Source: the human T2T-CHM13v2.0 reference genome, Homo sapiens. Taken from it: 64,000 nt of DNA. The notes under the pieces are model-generated. The model did no database searches. It was not told the DNA's origin and saw only the letters and a program-made list of their open reading frames with translations. Made by a program: the position numbers and the translations under genes. The DNA lies in NCBI RefSeq assembly GCF_009914755.1, contig NC_060935.1; one strand, given 5' to 3'. This document shows positions 1 to 13,250 of this stretch, piece by piece (the stretch's first letter is position 1; each line of letters opens with the position of its first letter).

Positions 1-155
1 AAATGTTCTATGTATGTGCAATCCAATACATGAGTGACTGCACACATGTGGCTATTGAGTACTTGACATGAAGAACTGAATTTTCTTTTTTATCTTAATT
101 GATTTACATTTAAAGAGCCACATGTACCTAATGGCCACTGTACTGGACAGCACAG
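1..155. mobile_element. MER3-like hAT-Charlie DNA transposon fragment
   Basis: Motifs cacatgtggctattgagtacttga and gccacatgtacctaatggccactgtactggacagcacag resemble the palindromic MER3/MER33 consensus. Confidence 0.6.
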
Positions 156-2200
156 CAGTAGCCACTAATGGAATGCATAATTCTCATGATGATAAAGGTA
201 AAAGATAATTAATAGAAATATTTGATGAATTCATCAAAGGAAGAAAAAGGCAACATACAACAAATGAGACCCCCAAAAAAACAGATATTGTATAATGGTC
301 AGCATCTACCCAAATATATCAGTAATAAGCATGTAATGTTACTCACAAGAAAAGAATATATACTCTAATCGAAAAACAAAGATTGTCAGACTGAAAAAAA
401 TAAACAAAGCTTAACTATATGCTGCTCATAACCGTGACACATTTAATTATGGGAATTTCTTTAGATATTGCCTCTTCTCCAATCTCATTTCTCATCCTCT
501 ACAACTCTTATTATATTAGACGCATGTTCAACCCATTTAGTCTGCCTCAATTTCTCAACCATTTTCCCCCTATTTTCCATTTCTTTATCTTTGCTGGATT
601 TTGGTTAGCTTTTCCATCTCTGTCTTCTAGTTCAGTAATTCTCATTTTAGCTATGATCTACCTATTGTTTAACTCTTTCGTTGAATTTTTAATTTCAAAA
701 ATTAAAAAAATCATTTTTTGGAGTTCTTTCCTATTTTTCAAGTTCACATATTCTTATATAATAATATCTTACCCTTTCCTTGTGGTTTTTACTCCTTTAT
801 CACTTTAATTATGTTAAGCATAGTTATTCTGTAATACATTTCATATTGTTCTAGTTTCTCAAGTCCTTGAAGTTCTAACAGTCCTCTTCACTATGTCTAA
901 TTACTCTCTGTCATACTGAATTATTTTCTTCTATGATTTATAAATTTTAATCCCAAGCTCTTGTTGGTAGTTCTTTATCACCCTGGACTGTTGGAAGTGT
1001 AGCTATACAGAGTTTTGCTTCTGCCGGACACCCCAGAACTTCACTGGTGTGAAGGATTATTGTTTATTATAAAACCCTAGGAAGACTGTCAATTGAGACT
1101 TCACAGTTGAATATGGAAAAACCTTGAGCTTTGATTTCTCTGGGAGTTTTTTTTTTTAAGTTTTAGTGTTTAGTTTTTCTAATTCCTCCTTCACTGACAG
1201 ACAGCAATTCTATGATTCTGCCTTTATGCTGGGGTCTCAGGTCCAACTTTCTGCCTCACACAAGTCAAAGCCTTATCTCTTGTCTCCAGGAGACCTTCAA
1301 AGCTACAGCCCCTAGTTCCTAGTGGCTAGATCCAGTCACCAGCCCCCTCAGCCTCCACAGCATCAGCTGGTAAGTTTATTACTCTGGCTTTAATTTTCCT
1401 TTTCTTGCACCCACTGACATCTATGTTATGACAAGTCAGTCTTTTGTTATTTTTTTTATTGATAACTTCCATGTGGTTAAAGGCGATGAGTAGCTCTGCT
1501 TAGACTCAGCCCATCAAGCTCCCAAAATTACCCCATGATTTTTAGACCATGATTTCTCCTTCTTCTGCCTCCACTTCTGAATTTATTCAGGTTACCCTGC
1601 TCCTGTGGCCCCTCATATCTAGAAGCTTCACCATCTTACACAAAATTTCCAATCACATTTATATTCTTTATAGATATTCTAAGGTTCTGTGCAGTCGCAG
1701 AGGTAAGAGAATCTCGTTGTGGTGCGCATTGCCATCTGCCATCTTGTTGCTCCAACCTTCCTTCTTTCTTTTTCTCAGCCAGACCCTGTAGGCTCTGACT
1801 TTTCCAAAATCTCGTGCTCCTACATGTCTTCTTCCTTAGCATGCATAGGAAGCTTAATTCTCCTAACAAAATGTAGACCTCACTTGACAAAAGCATATCT
1901 GTGTTCTCCAACGCCATGAACATTTTGGTGAATAGGATTTTCTTTATACCTTCAGACTCACAAAAGTCATGCAGAGAACAGAGACAAGACCAAACATTGC
2001 TAGAGACTTTTCTTTAATTGAGAAAACTGCAAGTTAATCTATACACAACAGAGAAAATAAGTTTCCGCAGCTTTAAGGATTGTTTTGATATTCACACACA
2101 CACATACACACATTATAAAATATGTCTATTAATTCAACAAAAATTAAGCACATAATAAGCAATGTGCTAGGTTTCATGGATATAATTAAAAACAAAACTA

Positions 2201-2537
2201 CAGTCATCCATCACTTAATGATGGGGATACATTCTGAGAAATGCATTGTTAGATAATTTCATCATTGTGTGAACATCACAGAGTGTACTTACACAAACCT
2301 AAATGTATATAGCCTACTACACACCTAAGCTATATGCTGTAGCCTATCGCTTCTAAGCTATAAACCTGTACAGCATGTTACTGTACTGAATACTATAGGC
2401 AATTATAACACAATGGTAGGTATTTGTGCATCTAAACATAGAAAAGATGCAGCAAAAATACAGGAATAATCTTTTTGGACCACTGCTGTATAGACACTGT
2501 GTCATTGACCAAAACATTGTTACATGGCACATGACTA
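2201..2537 (+). mobile_element. Tigger3a (MER7A)-like non-autonomous TcMar-Tigger element
   Basis: TA-flanked ends cagtcat...atgacta; internal gatacattctgagaaatgcattgttag and gtgtacttacacaaaccta; ~340 bp. Confidence 0.75.
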
Positions 2538-3329
2538 TATTTAATGGCTTCCCTTTCCTGCTAAACTGTAAATCCTAGGAGGGCAGGGCTGTGTTTTACT
2601 TATTTACCTCAAGATCCAAGTGCTTAGCAGTGTACTGGCACTTAACGATATCTGTTGAATACATAAATGATTGATTATATTAATACATCAGTGAGTTTTG
2701 TTGCAAAGATGAAAATCTAAAGGGAAAATGATATGAAATTGTTCCTTAAACCTGCAGATATATATTTAAAAAGACACTAAGCTCTATCCTTTTAGTTCAC
2801 TCACATTGGCAACTTTTCCTATTTAGCAAGATCTTAATAACCTCTGCTCATTAGTTTCCTTCACTTTCTCCCAGTCATTTTCTCCTCCCCTGGTTTTGTT
2901 TCCTTGCCTGCCTATCCTGACGCTCATGGCTACCTTTCTGAAATACTCTCTTGTCAATGTACTTAGCACATTGGACAAGCTTGATTTATGGGATCCAACT
3001 TTGTTTTTTGCCTCTTAATGGCCCTTTAAAGTTATTCAGAGGAGAATCTTTCTTTGTGACTGAAAAGGAGACTTCATGGGCCTCATAACTTTCTCAGTTT
3101 AGGTAACCGATGGCTCTGTGGTCACTCAAGTTACAAACCATTGTCTCAGTTCAGAAAGTGGAACTGCCAAGTCCACAATATTAAACATCTCTTAAGCTTT
3201 CATTCAAAGCAGTTTCCCCTCCCTTCCTCTGCTTAAGGCAGGTGGGTAGGCAGGCCACTTGTACTTGTGGAATGGGGTAGGTCAGCTTCTACTCTCTTTC
3301 TCACCTCTCCTTTTCTCTCTCTCTCACTA

Positions 3330-4565
3330 GCCACTGTGATTTAAGTGCAACTTATAGACAGTAATATTCACCAATTTGTAAGTATACCATTGATGAGTTT
3401 TGACAAATAAATTCAGTCATTTGAATATCACTACAATGATAATACAAAACATTTGTAACATCTCAAAAGTTTCCTCATTCACCACTGCTGTCAATCCTCT
3501 TTGGCTCCTGGCAACGACTGATCTCCTTTCTATCTCTATACTTGGGCCTTTTCTAAAATTTCATATAAATGGAATCATGTAAAAGACTACATACTCCATC
3601 TGGCTTCTTTTTGTAGCATAATGCTTCTGAGATTCATACATGTTATGCTTATCAGTAGATTAGCTTTTTTCATTGCTGAGTGTTATTCCATTGTATGGAC
3701 ATACCATTATTTTTTTATCCATTCATCATTCAATGGACACTTTGGTTCTTTCTTTTTTTCAATCATTATGAATAAAGCTGCTATGAGCATTCAGATCCAA
3801 ATTATTGATTAGGTAGGTGCTTAAACTTGTCCCTGATAAATGCCTGAGAGTGAGATTTCTAAGTGATCTGTTTAACTTGTAAGGATTGTCAAATGGCATT
3901 TCCAAAGTGGCTGTACCCTTTTGCATTTCCACCTGAAATGTATGAGAATGTCATTTGCTCCATACCTCCTCTTAAGCGCTTGATTTTATCAACTATTTTT
4001 AAAAATTTTAGCCATATAATAGATGTGTAGTGCTATCTCATTGTGGCTTTAATTTGCATTTTATAAATGATTAATGATATTGAACATCTTTTCACATACC
4101 ATTGCCACTGATATATTTTCTTCAACAAAGTATGTCTTCACATCTTTAGCCAAGTTTGTTTTAAATTGTGTCATGTCTTACCATTATTGAATTATAAGAG
4201 TTCTTGATATATTTTAGAAACAAGTTCTTTATCAGACATACGTCTACAAGTATTTTATCAGACTGTGTTGCTTTTCTTTTCATTTCCATTGGTGTCTTTT
4301 GAAGAGTGAGAGTTTTTCATTTTCATGAAATCCAATTTATCATTTTTTTATTTTATGGTTCCTGTTTTTTTGGTTGTATCTAAGAAAAATTTTGTCTAAC
4401 CCAAAACTACAATGAATATCTCACATACTTGCTTCTAGACCTTTTTTTATAGTTTAGATATATTTGGATATGTGATCTATTTTGTATTAATTTTTGTATG
4501 TGGTATGACATAAAAATCATTGTTTACTTTTTTGCATCTGGATATTCAACTGTTTCAGTACCACT
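3330..4565 (-). mobile_element. Old L1 (L1M-class) 3' region
   Basis: Antisense L1 3' motifs such as ttccattgtatggacataccat, ttccaaagtggctgtacc and ctcattgtggctttaatttgcatt. Confidence 0.7.
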
Positions 4566-4566
4566 T

Positions 4567-4880
4567 TGTCTTAGTCCATTTAGGCTGCTATAATAAAGTA
4601 CCATAAACTGGTGGCTTATAAACAAAAGATATTTATATCTCACAGTTCTTGAGACTATAAAGTTTAAGATCAAGGAGCTGGCAGATTTGGTGTGTATTCT
4701 CACATGGTGGAAGGAAGAACTCTGACCTCTTCAGCCCCTTATAAGGGCATTAGTTCCGTTCATCAGGACTCTATATCTGTGACCTAATTACCTCCCAAAG
4801 GTACCATTTCCTAATACCATCACATTGGGGATTAGGTTTCAACATATAAATTTGGTGAGGAAACACACATTCAGTTTGTA
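4567..4880 (-). mobile_element. MLT1A-type MaLR solo LTR
   Basis: tgtcttagtccatttaggctgctataa...ctaataccatcacattggggattaggtttcaacat, typical of antisense MLT1A. Confidence 0.7.
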
Positions 4881-7112
4881 GAGTACTTACTGACTCATTA
4901 ACTATATTGGGCAAGTTATTAGGTGGCAATTTCATATGGTTCAAACTAGCATTTGGTCTCTTTAATCTTCTTTTTCCCCCATATGAAAAACAGGAAGAGC
5001 TGTGGTACATATTACACAGGTGATTGTTGTGAAATTTAAATAAGATAATGCATGCAAAGCACTCCGTCCCCTGCAGAGCACATAAGTGCTCAGTAAAGGA
5101 GGATATGTTATAAAACTCATCAAGTCCTGACTATTGCAAAATATATCTTGAATTTATCTCCTCCACCTTATCACTATTTACTCATTCACTCATTTATTCA
5201 CTTAACAACTTTTTATTGAATCACCATGTGTTCTGGGTACTAAGATAGGCATTGGGAATTCAATGGTAAACAAACTAGACATGGCCTGTGCTCCAGTGGG
5301 ACTTTCAGAATGCAAGAGAAGACAGACTGTTAAATAGCAATTAAAATGCAAATAATAAAAAGTCATAACTCTGGGCTTTGCTCTGGCTAGTGAAATAATA
5401 CATTTTCTATGTCCCATCTTCTTCCCCCAGGTTCCTGGGTAAGGGAACATAGGATAAGCCCAGAGATAAGAGAGAACTATTGAAGAAACTCCTGCCAGTG
5501 TGATCTATCTAAACCACATATCTGACCAAGTCACTCACTGTCTAAACCAGTGTAAGGCTCTTCACTGCCTTCAGGGTAGAGTTAAACTCTTTAAAATGAC
5601 ATATCTCTCACCAAAGCTCTTAGCACTCTTTCTCTCTCATTTTGTTTCAAAAAAACTAAACTATTTATATTTCTCTATACATGCCATGCTTTTTTATGTC
5701 TCTGTGGCTTTGCTCATGCAGTCCATGAAATGTCCTTCACCCTTCCTCTGCCTTGGTAACTCTTCATACCAGCTGGGATTCTCATGGCTGCAGAAGAAAG
5801 CAAGCCAGTTCAAACCAACTGGAGGCAAAAAGAGAAATTTACTGTAAGGATACTGGGATGCTTCCTGAAACAGAGAGCAAGGACGTGATTGTATATCTAT
5901 TGTAGGTAACAACAGAATGCATTCTCTGGAAGACGCATTCTCTTCAGTTTGTCTCTGCTTCTCCCTGTGCATGTCAATGTGACTCACATTGTGGTTATTA
6001 TTGGTTTTCCTCTATCAAATGGCAGAAAACATAGCAATTGACAGTTCTCAAGCTTCAGTGAGTCCCATGTGGAAAAATCCTAGGGAGGGACATTGATTGC
6101 CTCAGCATGTTTCATGTACTCACTCATGGCCCAAACATTTGGGGCCCAGGGATGCAGTGTGATGATGTACAGAATAGCTGCTCTCACCATAACCATGTGG
6201 ATGGGGGAGGGAATAACCCAGAAAATTTTTGGAAAAAATTACAAAAACATTATAGATATTTTTGAGATTCCTTGAAAAAATGTCATTTGCATAAATGAAT
6301 TAATATAAATTAAGCATAAATAAGGAATCTCAGCTCAGATGACCCTCCTCCAGGAACCACTCCAGATTCCCTTTATTGGTTTGGGTGCCTGTGTTCTATG
6401 CCCACTTACTGCCTCATGAATATGTCTAACACTACTGTTAACATTTTTGATCATCTGTTTCTGTGTCTGTCTCTTACGAATTCTTAGAGGACAAGTATGT
6501 AGTATATTCAGTTTTGTACCTCAAAATTTGAAGATACAGAAAACAAAGCAATAGTGAATGTGGAAATGTATTGAAGATTTTTGGAAGAATGAGTAGGTGA
6601 TTACTTCAACTAACTGGCACTTGAATTTTATTTCTAAAACTCTCATTATAAAAAGTCATCATTTTCAACTTTCTTTTGAGTCAATGTACATTTGCCCTCT
6701 TACATAGCAACATCAAGTCATTAATGAGATAATCCCAAACCTTGTTATTACATCATAACTTTCTCTTAGCAGTAATTATTGGAGGTGAGAGAATCTATAT
6801 TAATTGACTTGATTATATATAATATTTAAAATCACCTAATTGACACAATTATTATAGAGAAAAACATGTGAAAGCCACATAAATAAACTCCGACTATGCT
6901 TAAGAACTGTCTAACCCAGCTCATTTGATAGCCTATTGACCAGTGAGTTAAACAAAACTCTAATTCAATGATAGCAGCATCCTCTGCCCTTTCCAAAAGT
7001 GCAGGACAGGATAATATTATCTCATGGTCAAGAAATGTATTAAATATGTGGAAAAATAAAATGTAAAAGAGCATGAGGAGAAACTTGGTGAAAATTAGCA
7101 AAACAATGTTCT

Positions 7113-7146
7113 GTTCTCCCTCTGCTGGCTTTTAGGCAGTATTGCT
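7113..7146 (-). promoter_or_regulatory. Candidate CTCF binding site (core plus upstream motif)
   Basis: Minus strand reads agcaatactgcc-taaaa-GCCAGCAGAGGGAGAAC; core is close to CCASYAGRKGGCR, with a TGCAATAC-like upstream module. Confidence 0.55.
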
Positions 7147-8329
7147 CTTCAAAGATCTGTCCAAAGGCCCATATGAAATTTTTTCAAGGAATCTCAAAAA
7201 TATCTATAATGTTTTGTAATTTTTTCCAAAAATATTTAGAATGCTCATAATGTTCATCTAAATAAGCTCCACCAAAGCTAGAGCATCCCCACCAAAGCCA
7301 TCATTACCTTCTCTTCTTATCACAGATAATGACTAATACAAAATAGATAGAACAAGTAGAATCTAATGGCTTGACCAATTTTCCAAAAGAGCAATTCAAA
7401 AGAAGTAATTGATATTAATATTATAAATAGATATTATGTTTTCTAGTTTTCTAAGAATATGATTCTTACAGATTGAGATGCAGCCTGATTGAGTAGGAAA
7501 AACACTGCATTTTTAGAAAGACAACCTGGGTGTGAGTCTTGACTATCCCTATTACTTACTGGTTGTACAAGCTTTACAGATTGTCATTTATATGTTAGTT
7601 GTATAACATTACCATTTACGGAACTAAGTCTCATCAACCTCTAAATGAGGAAGCTATGCAACAGAATTGTTAAATCCTTTTCCAGTTCTAGTTTTTTTGT
7701 TCCCAGTGCTGTTGAATTATTAATTTTTAATAATTAATTTCTGCATTTAATTCACACCATTTTGGTCATTCGAAGATGTAACCAAAATGGTTCCTGTAAC
7801 CATCAGCTTCCTTCCTTGACGTTGTGCCAAACACACTGTGGACACCCAGATGAATCCTAATTGACACAATAATGATTGTGATGGCAATAAAGAGCCCTGG
7901 GGTTTTTATTTGAGCCAAATTCTTTCCTAGTTATATGGCTAGTATTTTGAATAGCAGCTGTGAACAAATCTGTATTTCCTTCCCCTACGCCACCCCCACA
8001 ACAGTCTGAAATCTTTACTTTAAATGAGACAAATCAGAAGAACTGCTGAAAAACACAGTTTCAATCTGTCCTTCTGCCCAGTCATTAGTTAAATCCCCTA
8101 TATCACATTTCTTTAAATCAACTGACTCTTAAATATTGTTATAAGGAAAGCAAGGCCAAGGTGGGTGTGAGGTTAGGGGATACTAGTTCAAATAATGACT
8201 CCACTTCTTTTAAATTTAATACCCATCTTTCCAGATTGAAATATACCATGTCATGAATGAGATAATACATGTGAGTTTATCATTCCAGTGTTTTCAGACA
8301 TAACTGGAGGTCCATAAATAGTAGCAAGA

Positions 8330-8592
8330 ATAATTATAGCTACCACTTATTGAGAACTCACTATGTGCCAGGCACTATGCTAAACTATATATATAAAAAG
8401 TTATACACAAACACACACACATACACAAACACATATTCATTTATTCCCCACAAAAACCCTATAAGGCAGATGCTACTTTCTCTATTTTACAGATAAGAAT
8501 TTGAAGCTTAGAGAATTAATGTAATTTCTACACATTATCCTACTAGTGGCTAAGCCAGGATTTGAACCAGGCAGTCTGATTCCAGAGCCCAC
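8330..8592 (-). mobile_element. MIR SINE
   Basis: tatgtgccaggcact...attttacagataag...ggatttgaaccaggcagtctgattccagagccc. Confidence 0.7.
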
Positions 8593-8689
8593 TTAGAGTT
8601 TTGTTTCATGCCCCAAGGAGGATACTGAAGCTTTAGAAAGCAATTAGTTACGCACCCTCCAGAATAACTAAAATGAAAGCCAACAATAA

Positions 8690-9350
8690 CAACTGAGAAC
8701 TCCAAGTGGTGGTGAGTATGTTTATGAGTGTAAATTGGTGCTAGAAGGAATGTAAATTGATGCAACCACTTTGAAAAACTCTTCAGCAGTATGTACTCAA
8801 ACTGAACATACACATTGCCTATAATCCAGCAATTCCACTCCCTACTACATATCCAAATGAAAGTGTAAATGTATGTGGACCAAAAGACAGAATGTTCAAA
8901 TGTTTGTTGCAGCATTATTTGTAGAAGCCCCAAATTGAATGAACCCAATGTCCATCAACAGTGAAAGAGATAAAAGAAAATGTTGTCGGTTTCACGTAAT
9001 AGAAATACCACTCAGCAATGACAAATAATTAATTGCTTACGATGTCATACAGCATCAATGAATTTCAAGGACATAATACTGACCACAAGAAGCCAGACAC
9101 AAAAGAATATATGTGGTACAATTCCAAAGCTCAAAGTCCAGAAACAACCAAAACCAATCTATGGTCAAAGAAGTTAGAATGGTGGTTACCTTTGGTAAAA
9201 GGTGCTCACAACTAGGAGACAGCATACAAGAGACTTCTGGGGAGCTCATAATTTCTTGACCTGGGTAGTGGTTATACAAATATAAAAATGTATCAAGCTA
9301 TAGACTTAGAACTTGTGTACTTCTTTGTGGTATGTCAAAATTCAGTATGA
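8690..9350 (+). mobile_element. L1ME-class 3' end
   Basis: atccagcaattccactcc, cccaatgtccatcaacag, gaagccagacacaaaaga, ttcttgacctgggtagtggttatac. Confidence 0.7.
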
Positions 9351-10369
9351 AAGCTTACACAAAGGAAATGAAAACAATTACTAAGAATTCATTCCCCTCA
9401 TTCCCTTTCAGAGTACATGCCATCTCATCCCAAACTTGGGATTCTTGCATGCAAATGTTTCTCTTTTTTCCTAATTCTTGGCTCCTTTGCACTTTCCCAA
9501 GTGCGTTTAATGAGAAGCTGTGAATTTCTCACAGGAAACTACCTCACTAGCTGATATCCTAAACTTCAGTTCCACTCTCTGACCACAACTGTTCGTTGTT
9601 TCAGTTTGATCACAGATTTCACCTCCTTGCCTTCAATTTTGATTTTGAAAGCTCCATTTCTTTTCATTCTCAACCAGCTTTCCCTCTTTCGTTCATTTGT
9701 TTATTTGAAGAGATTTATCACTTCAACAATTCCACTTACTCAACTAATAGTGCTAGGCTCCTGGAATACTATAGTAAATTAAACTGACCTTATGTCTTAT
9801 CTCATGATTCTCACCATCTAATGACTTCCATGAAAAAACCCTAAACTCTCTTGTCTCTTGTCCTTCTTACACATCTAACCGTCAACTGCTCTTGCTTAAA
9901 TTAATTCTGTTGTCTGCCTTCACTGGTCCCACACAAGGGCAACTATACACTAGGAGAAAAATTGAAATTTTCACATCATTAATTTATGTCTCTGCATATT
10001 CATGGTCTCTAACTTCATCTAGGTCCTAAATGCTGTTCTATGTCCCTAGCAAGCTTTCTCTTTATTTTTCCTAACCTCTAATTGAAATTTAGCATTTCAT
10101 TTATTTACAAAAGGCAGGCAACAAATAATAGTATTAGCAGTGCCTATTAGTACTGCTGCAGTACTAATAACTTTGTTTACAGTGTCTATAACTTTGTCAC
10201 CAACAGAAATCACGTAATTTTTTGTGTCACATTATAGTTGTTACAGATATCTCAGGATATATTCATATTCATTACTACTTTGCAATTATGGTAGTTATTA
10301 GATTTGACACCAGACCATGCTATTGTATGCATTAGGATAAGTATTGTAGCATTTTAAAAAAATATGTTT

Positions 10370-10685
10370 TTTGACACTCCTCCCATCAAGAGGTAAAGAT
10401 TATGTTTCTTTCCTGTGAATCTGGGGCAAGCTCAATGACTCCCACATAACCAAGAGAATTCAGTGGAAGTGACGCTATGTGTTTCCAGGGGCTAAGTCAT
10501 GAAAGGCAAAGAGGCTTTCACCTTGCTTCCTGGAGCACAAACCCTGGGAGCTCTGAGACACCATGTAATAAATCCAACTACCTTCTGGCTGTCATGCTGT
10601 GAGGAAGACCAAACTAGCCTAAGCAAAGAGCCCACGTGGAGACAGAAAGAGAGAGAGAAAGACCAACCTGGCCCAGCTCCTACTG
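10370..10685 (+). mobile_element. MLT1G/H-like MaLR LTR fragment
   Basis: tttgacactcctcccatcaagagg...gtggaagtgacgctatgtg...gcccacgtggagacag. Confidence 0.5.
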
Positions 10686-11189
10686 TTACTTTGATTGGTA
10701 GAAACAAATAAGTGCTTCTTACAAGGTCTGTCAATCTGCTCCTGCTTATGGGAAGACAAACTATTCCCAGCCCTGTGTAAGTACTAGAAACTGTTTGGCC
10801 CACTGCTTTTTGGTGTCTTTTCCCTAGCCTCGTGGAGTTTCATCCTTCCATTGCACAGATAAGTACTCAGAGCCAAAGGGAAGTACGCAATACAAAGGAA
10901 CACTCTTGCAGATGTCCAAGACTCTCCTGTGTGCCATGTCCTCCTCTCAGATACTCTGCCCATCAGCCTCTCCAACTTCCCATCTCTGTCACCTCCATCT
11001 CTGTCGCCTCCATTTAGTGAAATCACCGGTTTTTGTTTGGGTTCCCCTCCCTGTTCTAGGCTCTGGACACTGCCTCCAGATAGTAAGCTGGGGTCATTAT
11101 GGAACTTAATTCATTCGTTTCCCTTCTCTCAGGGATCACGATACTGCACTGCCTGTTGGCTAATGTCTGAAAACAATGATTTCATAGAT

Positions 11190-11514
11190 ACATACATATA
11201 TGTGTATATGTATATATACAACCCTTTCCTAAATATGTATAAGTATACATACTTATGATTTATATGAATGTATATATGTGTGTATATATTATATATCTTA
11301 TACATATTATATATTTATAATATATATTTTATATATGTATATAAAATATAAATATTATATTTTATCATATGCATATATTTTATATATATTATATATTTAT
11401 ATATTATATATAACATATTCAGTATATAAATATATATAAAATGATATATACATATCATATATTTTATATTATATATATACGTAAATACATGTATGTAATA
11501 TATAAAATATATAT
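11190..11514. repeat. Degenerate (TA)n / AT-rich low-complexity tract
   Basis: ~320 bp dominated by alternating T and A. Confidence 0.9.
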
Positions 11515-11995
11515 TTTTTTCAAGTGATACTCCCATCTCAGCTTCTCCAGTAGCTGGGACTACACTTGTGAGCTACCGTGCCCAATTCATTTCACATATT
11601 ATGCTCAATTTTCCAGATATTTCTAGTGATAGGGTAATTCTGCAGAAGCAGAAATCCAAATGTAATTGCTAAAACCTAAATTAAAACTGAATTGTGTTCT
11701 TTAATCTTAAAATTCACATTCAAAGACACAAAAAAGGGGTGCCTCTTTATACTTGACAGTAAAGCTTGTTGAAGATGTTCTCTCAGGTAGCTGTTAGCAT
11801 CTCTAACTTCCCGCTCTTTAATTGGGTATATTCTGACTTCTACCATCACCATATCACTGAAACAGGTCTTATTACACCATCTATAACTATCTTATTAGTA
11901 CAGCTAAGGAATATATTTAGTTCTTTTTATTTTCCTTCTAGTTCATTTCAGTCTGAGCTGGAAGATGAGTTATTTCCTTACTTGACTTTCTACAC

Positions 11996-12317
11996 CTGTG
12001 CTATCCACTCTGGTAGCCACTAGGCACATGCGGCTACTGAATATTTGAAGTGTAGCTAGACCAAATTGAGAGGCACTGGAGGTGTAATACACACACCAGG
12101 TTTCCAAGACATAATATGAATTAAAGGACGTGACATATCTCATTAGTTTTTATGTTAATTGCATGTTAAAATGATAATGTCTTAATTATTGGGTTAAACA
12201 AGCGCTATCTCTAAAATTAATTTCATCTGCTTCTGTTTACCTTTTTATATCACTACTAGAAAATTTACAATGGCTTATGTGACTCACATTGTATTTCTAA
12301 TGGCCAGTACTGCTCTA
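11996..12317. mobile_element. MER33-like hAT-Charlie element
   Basis: ctgtgctatccactctggtagccactaggcacatgcggcta...gactcacattgtatttctaatggccagtactgctcta; ~320 bp. Confidence 0.7.
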
Positions 12318-13019
12318 TAACAACCTCTTGCACCGACAGAGCCCTGCTTTAAACTTTCCTTTCTTGGTTTGTGGGTCTCTGTTCTTCCCTAGTTTTCTTG
12401 CTACCTCGCTGTCTGCTCCTTCTCAGACTTTTCTGAGACCTAAATCTGTTGTTCTAAAATCGTAGTGTGCTGCAAAATCACCTGGGTTGCTTGCCAAAAA
12501 TGCAGATTCTTGGATCTTATCTGCAGATATTATGATCTGGTAGACTGGCTTGGAGGACCGAGATTCTGATTCAGTAAAATAGAACGAGAGCTCAGAAATT
12601 TAGAATAATCTTTAGCCCTATTCTTTCTCATTTTACCCTATACATTCCATAGGTATCATCTTCCCTATCCCACCCAGCTCCAAAGATAGAACTACCACTC
12701 ACAGACTAACATCTCCCAAAACTCTTATCTTCCAGCTGAGATCCCTCTCTTATCCTGCCCTCTTCTTCCAGCTGCCAGCTGTATATCTTCACTTGGAGGT
12801 ACATTTGATAAGTTTGAGAAAACTTAGCGTATTCAGTATTTAAATTCTTATCTCTGTTCTCCCTAGCCCATTCCTCCTTTTGACCTCCCAGTTATCCAAG
12901 CTAAAAACCTGAAATAATTATTTACTTCTTCCTAACCTCTATATCTAATCAGTTAAAAAATCTGACCAATTCTTACTTAACTTCTATCATCTCTATGCCT
13001 TTTAAATGTCCTTCATTTA

Positions 13020-13250
13020 GGGTTTCTCAATCTTGGCTCTACTGAAATCTTGAGCCAGTTAGTTCTTTGTTGTTGGAGGAGGGAGGTTGTCCTGTGCATT
13101 GTTAAGTGTTTAGCAGTTACCCTGTCCTTTACCCCTCTAGATACTAGTAGCACCCCTTGCTGGTACAGCCACAATGTTTCTAGACATTACCAAATCCAGT
13201 GGGAGGAGGTGAGTGGGAGGGAATCACATTTCAACCCATAGAGCCACTAC
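13020..13250. mobile_element. MER20 hAT-Charlie element
   Basis: gggtttctcaatcttggctctactga...gtcctgtgcattgttaagtgtttagcag...aatgtttctagacattaccaaat. Confidence 0.65.

Noticed and set aside
419-808. 129-aa hydrophobic ORF
   Set aside because: T-rich antisense old-L1-like sequence gives spurious F/L/I-rich peptides
1720-1752. gccatcttgttgc (YY1/CTCF-like motif)
   Set aside because: Partial match only, possibly within old repeat sequence; not enough support
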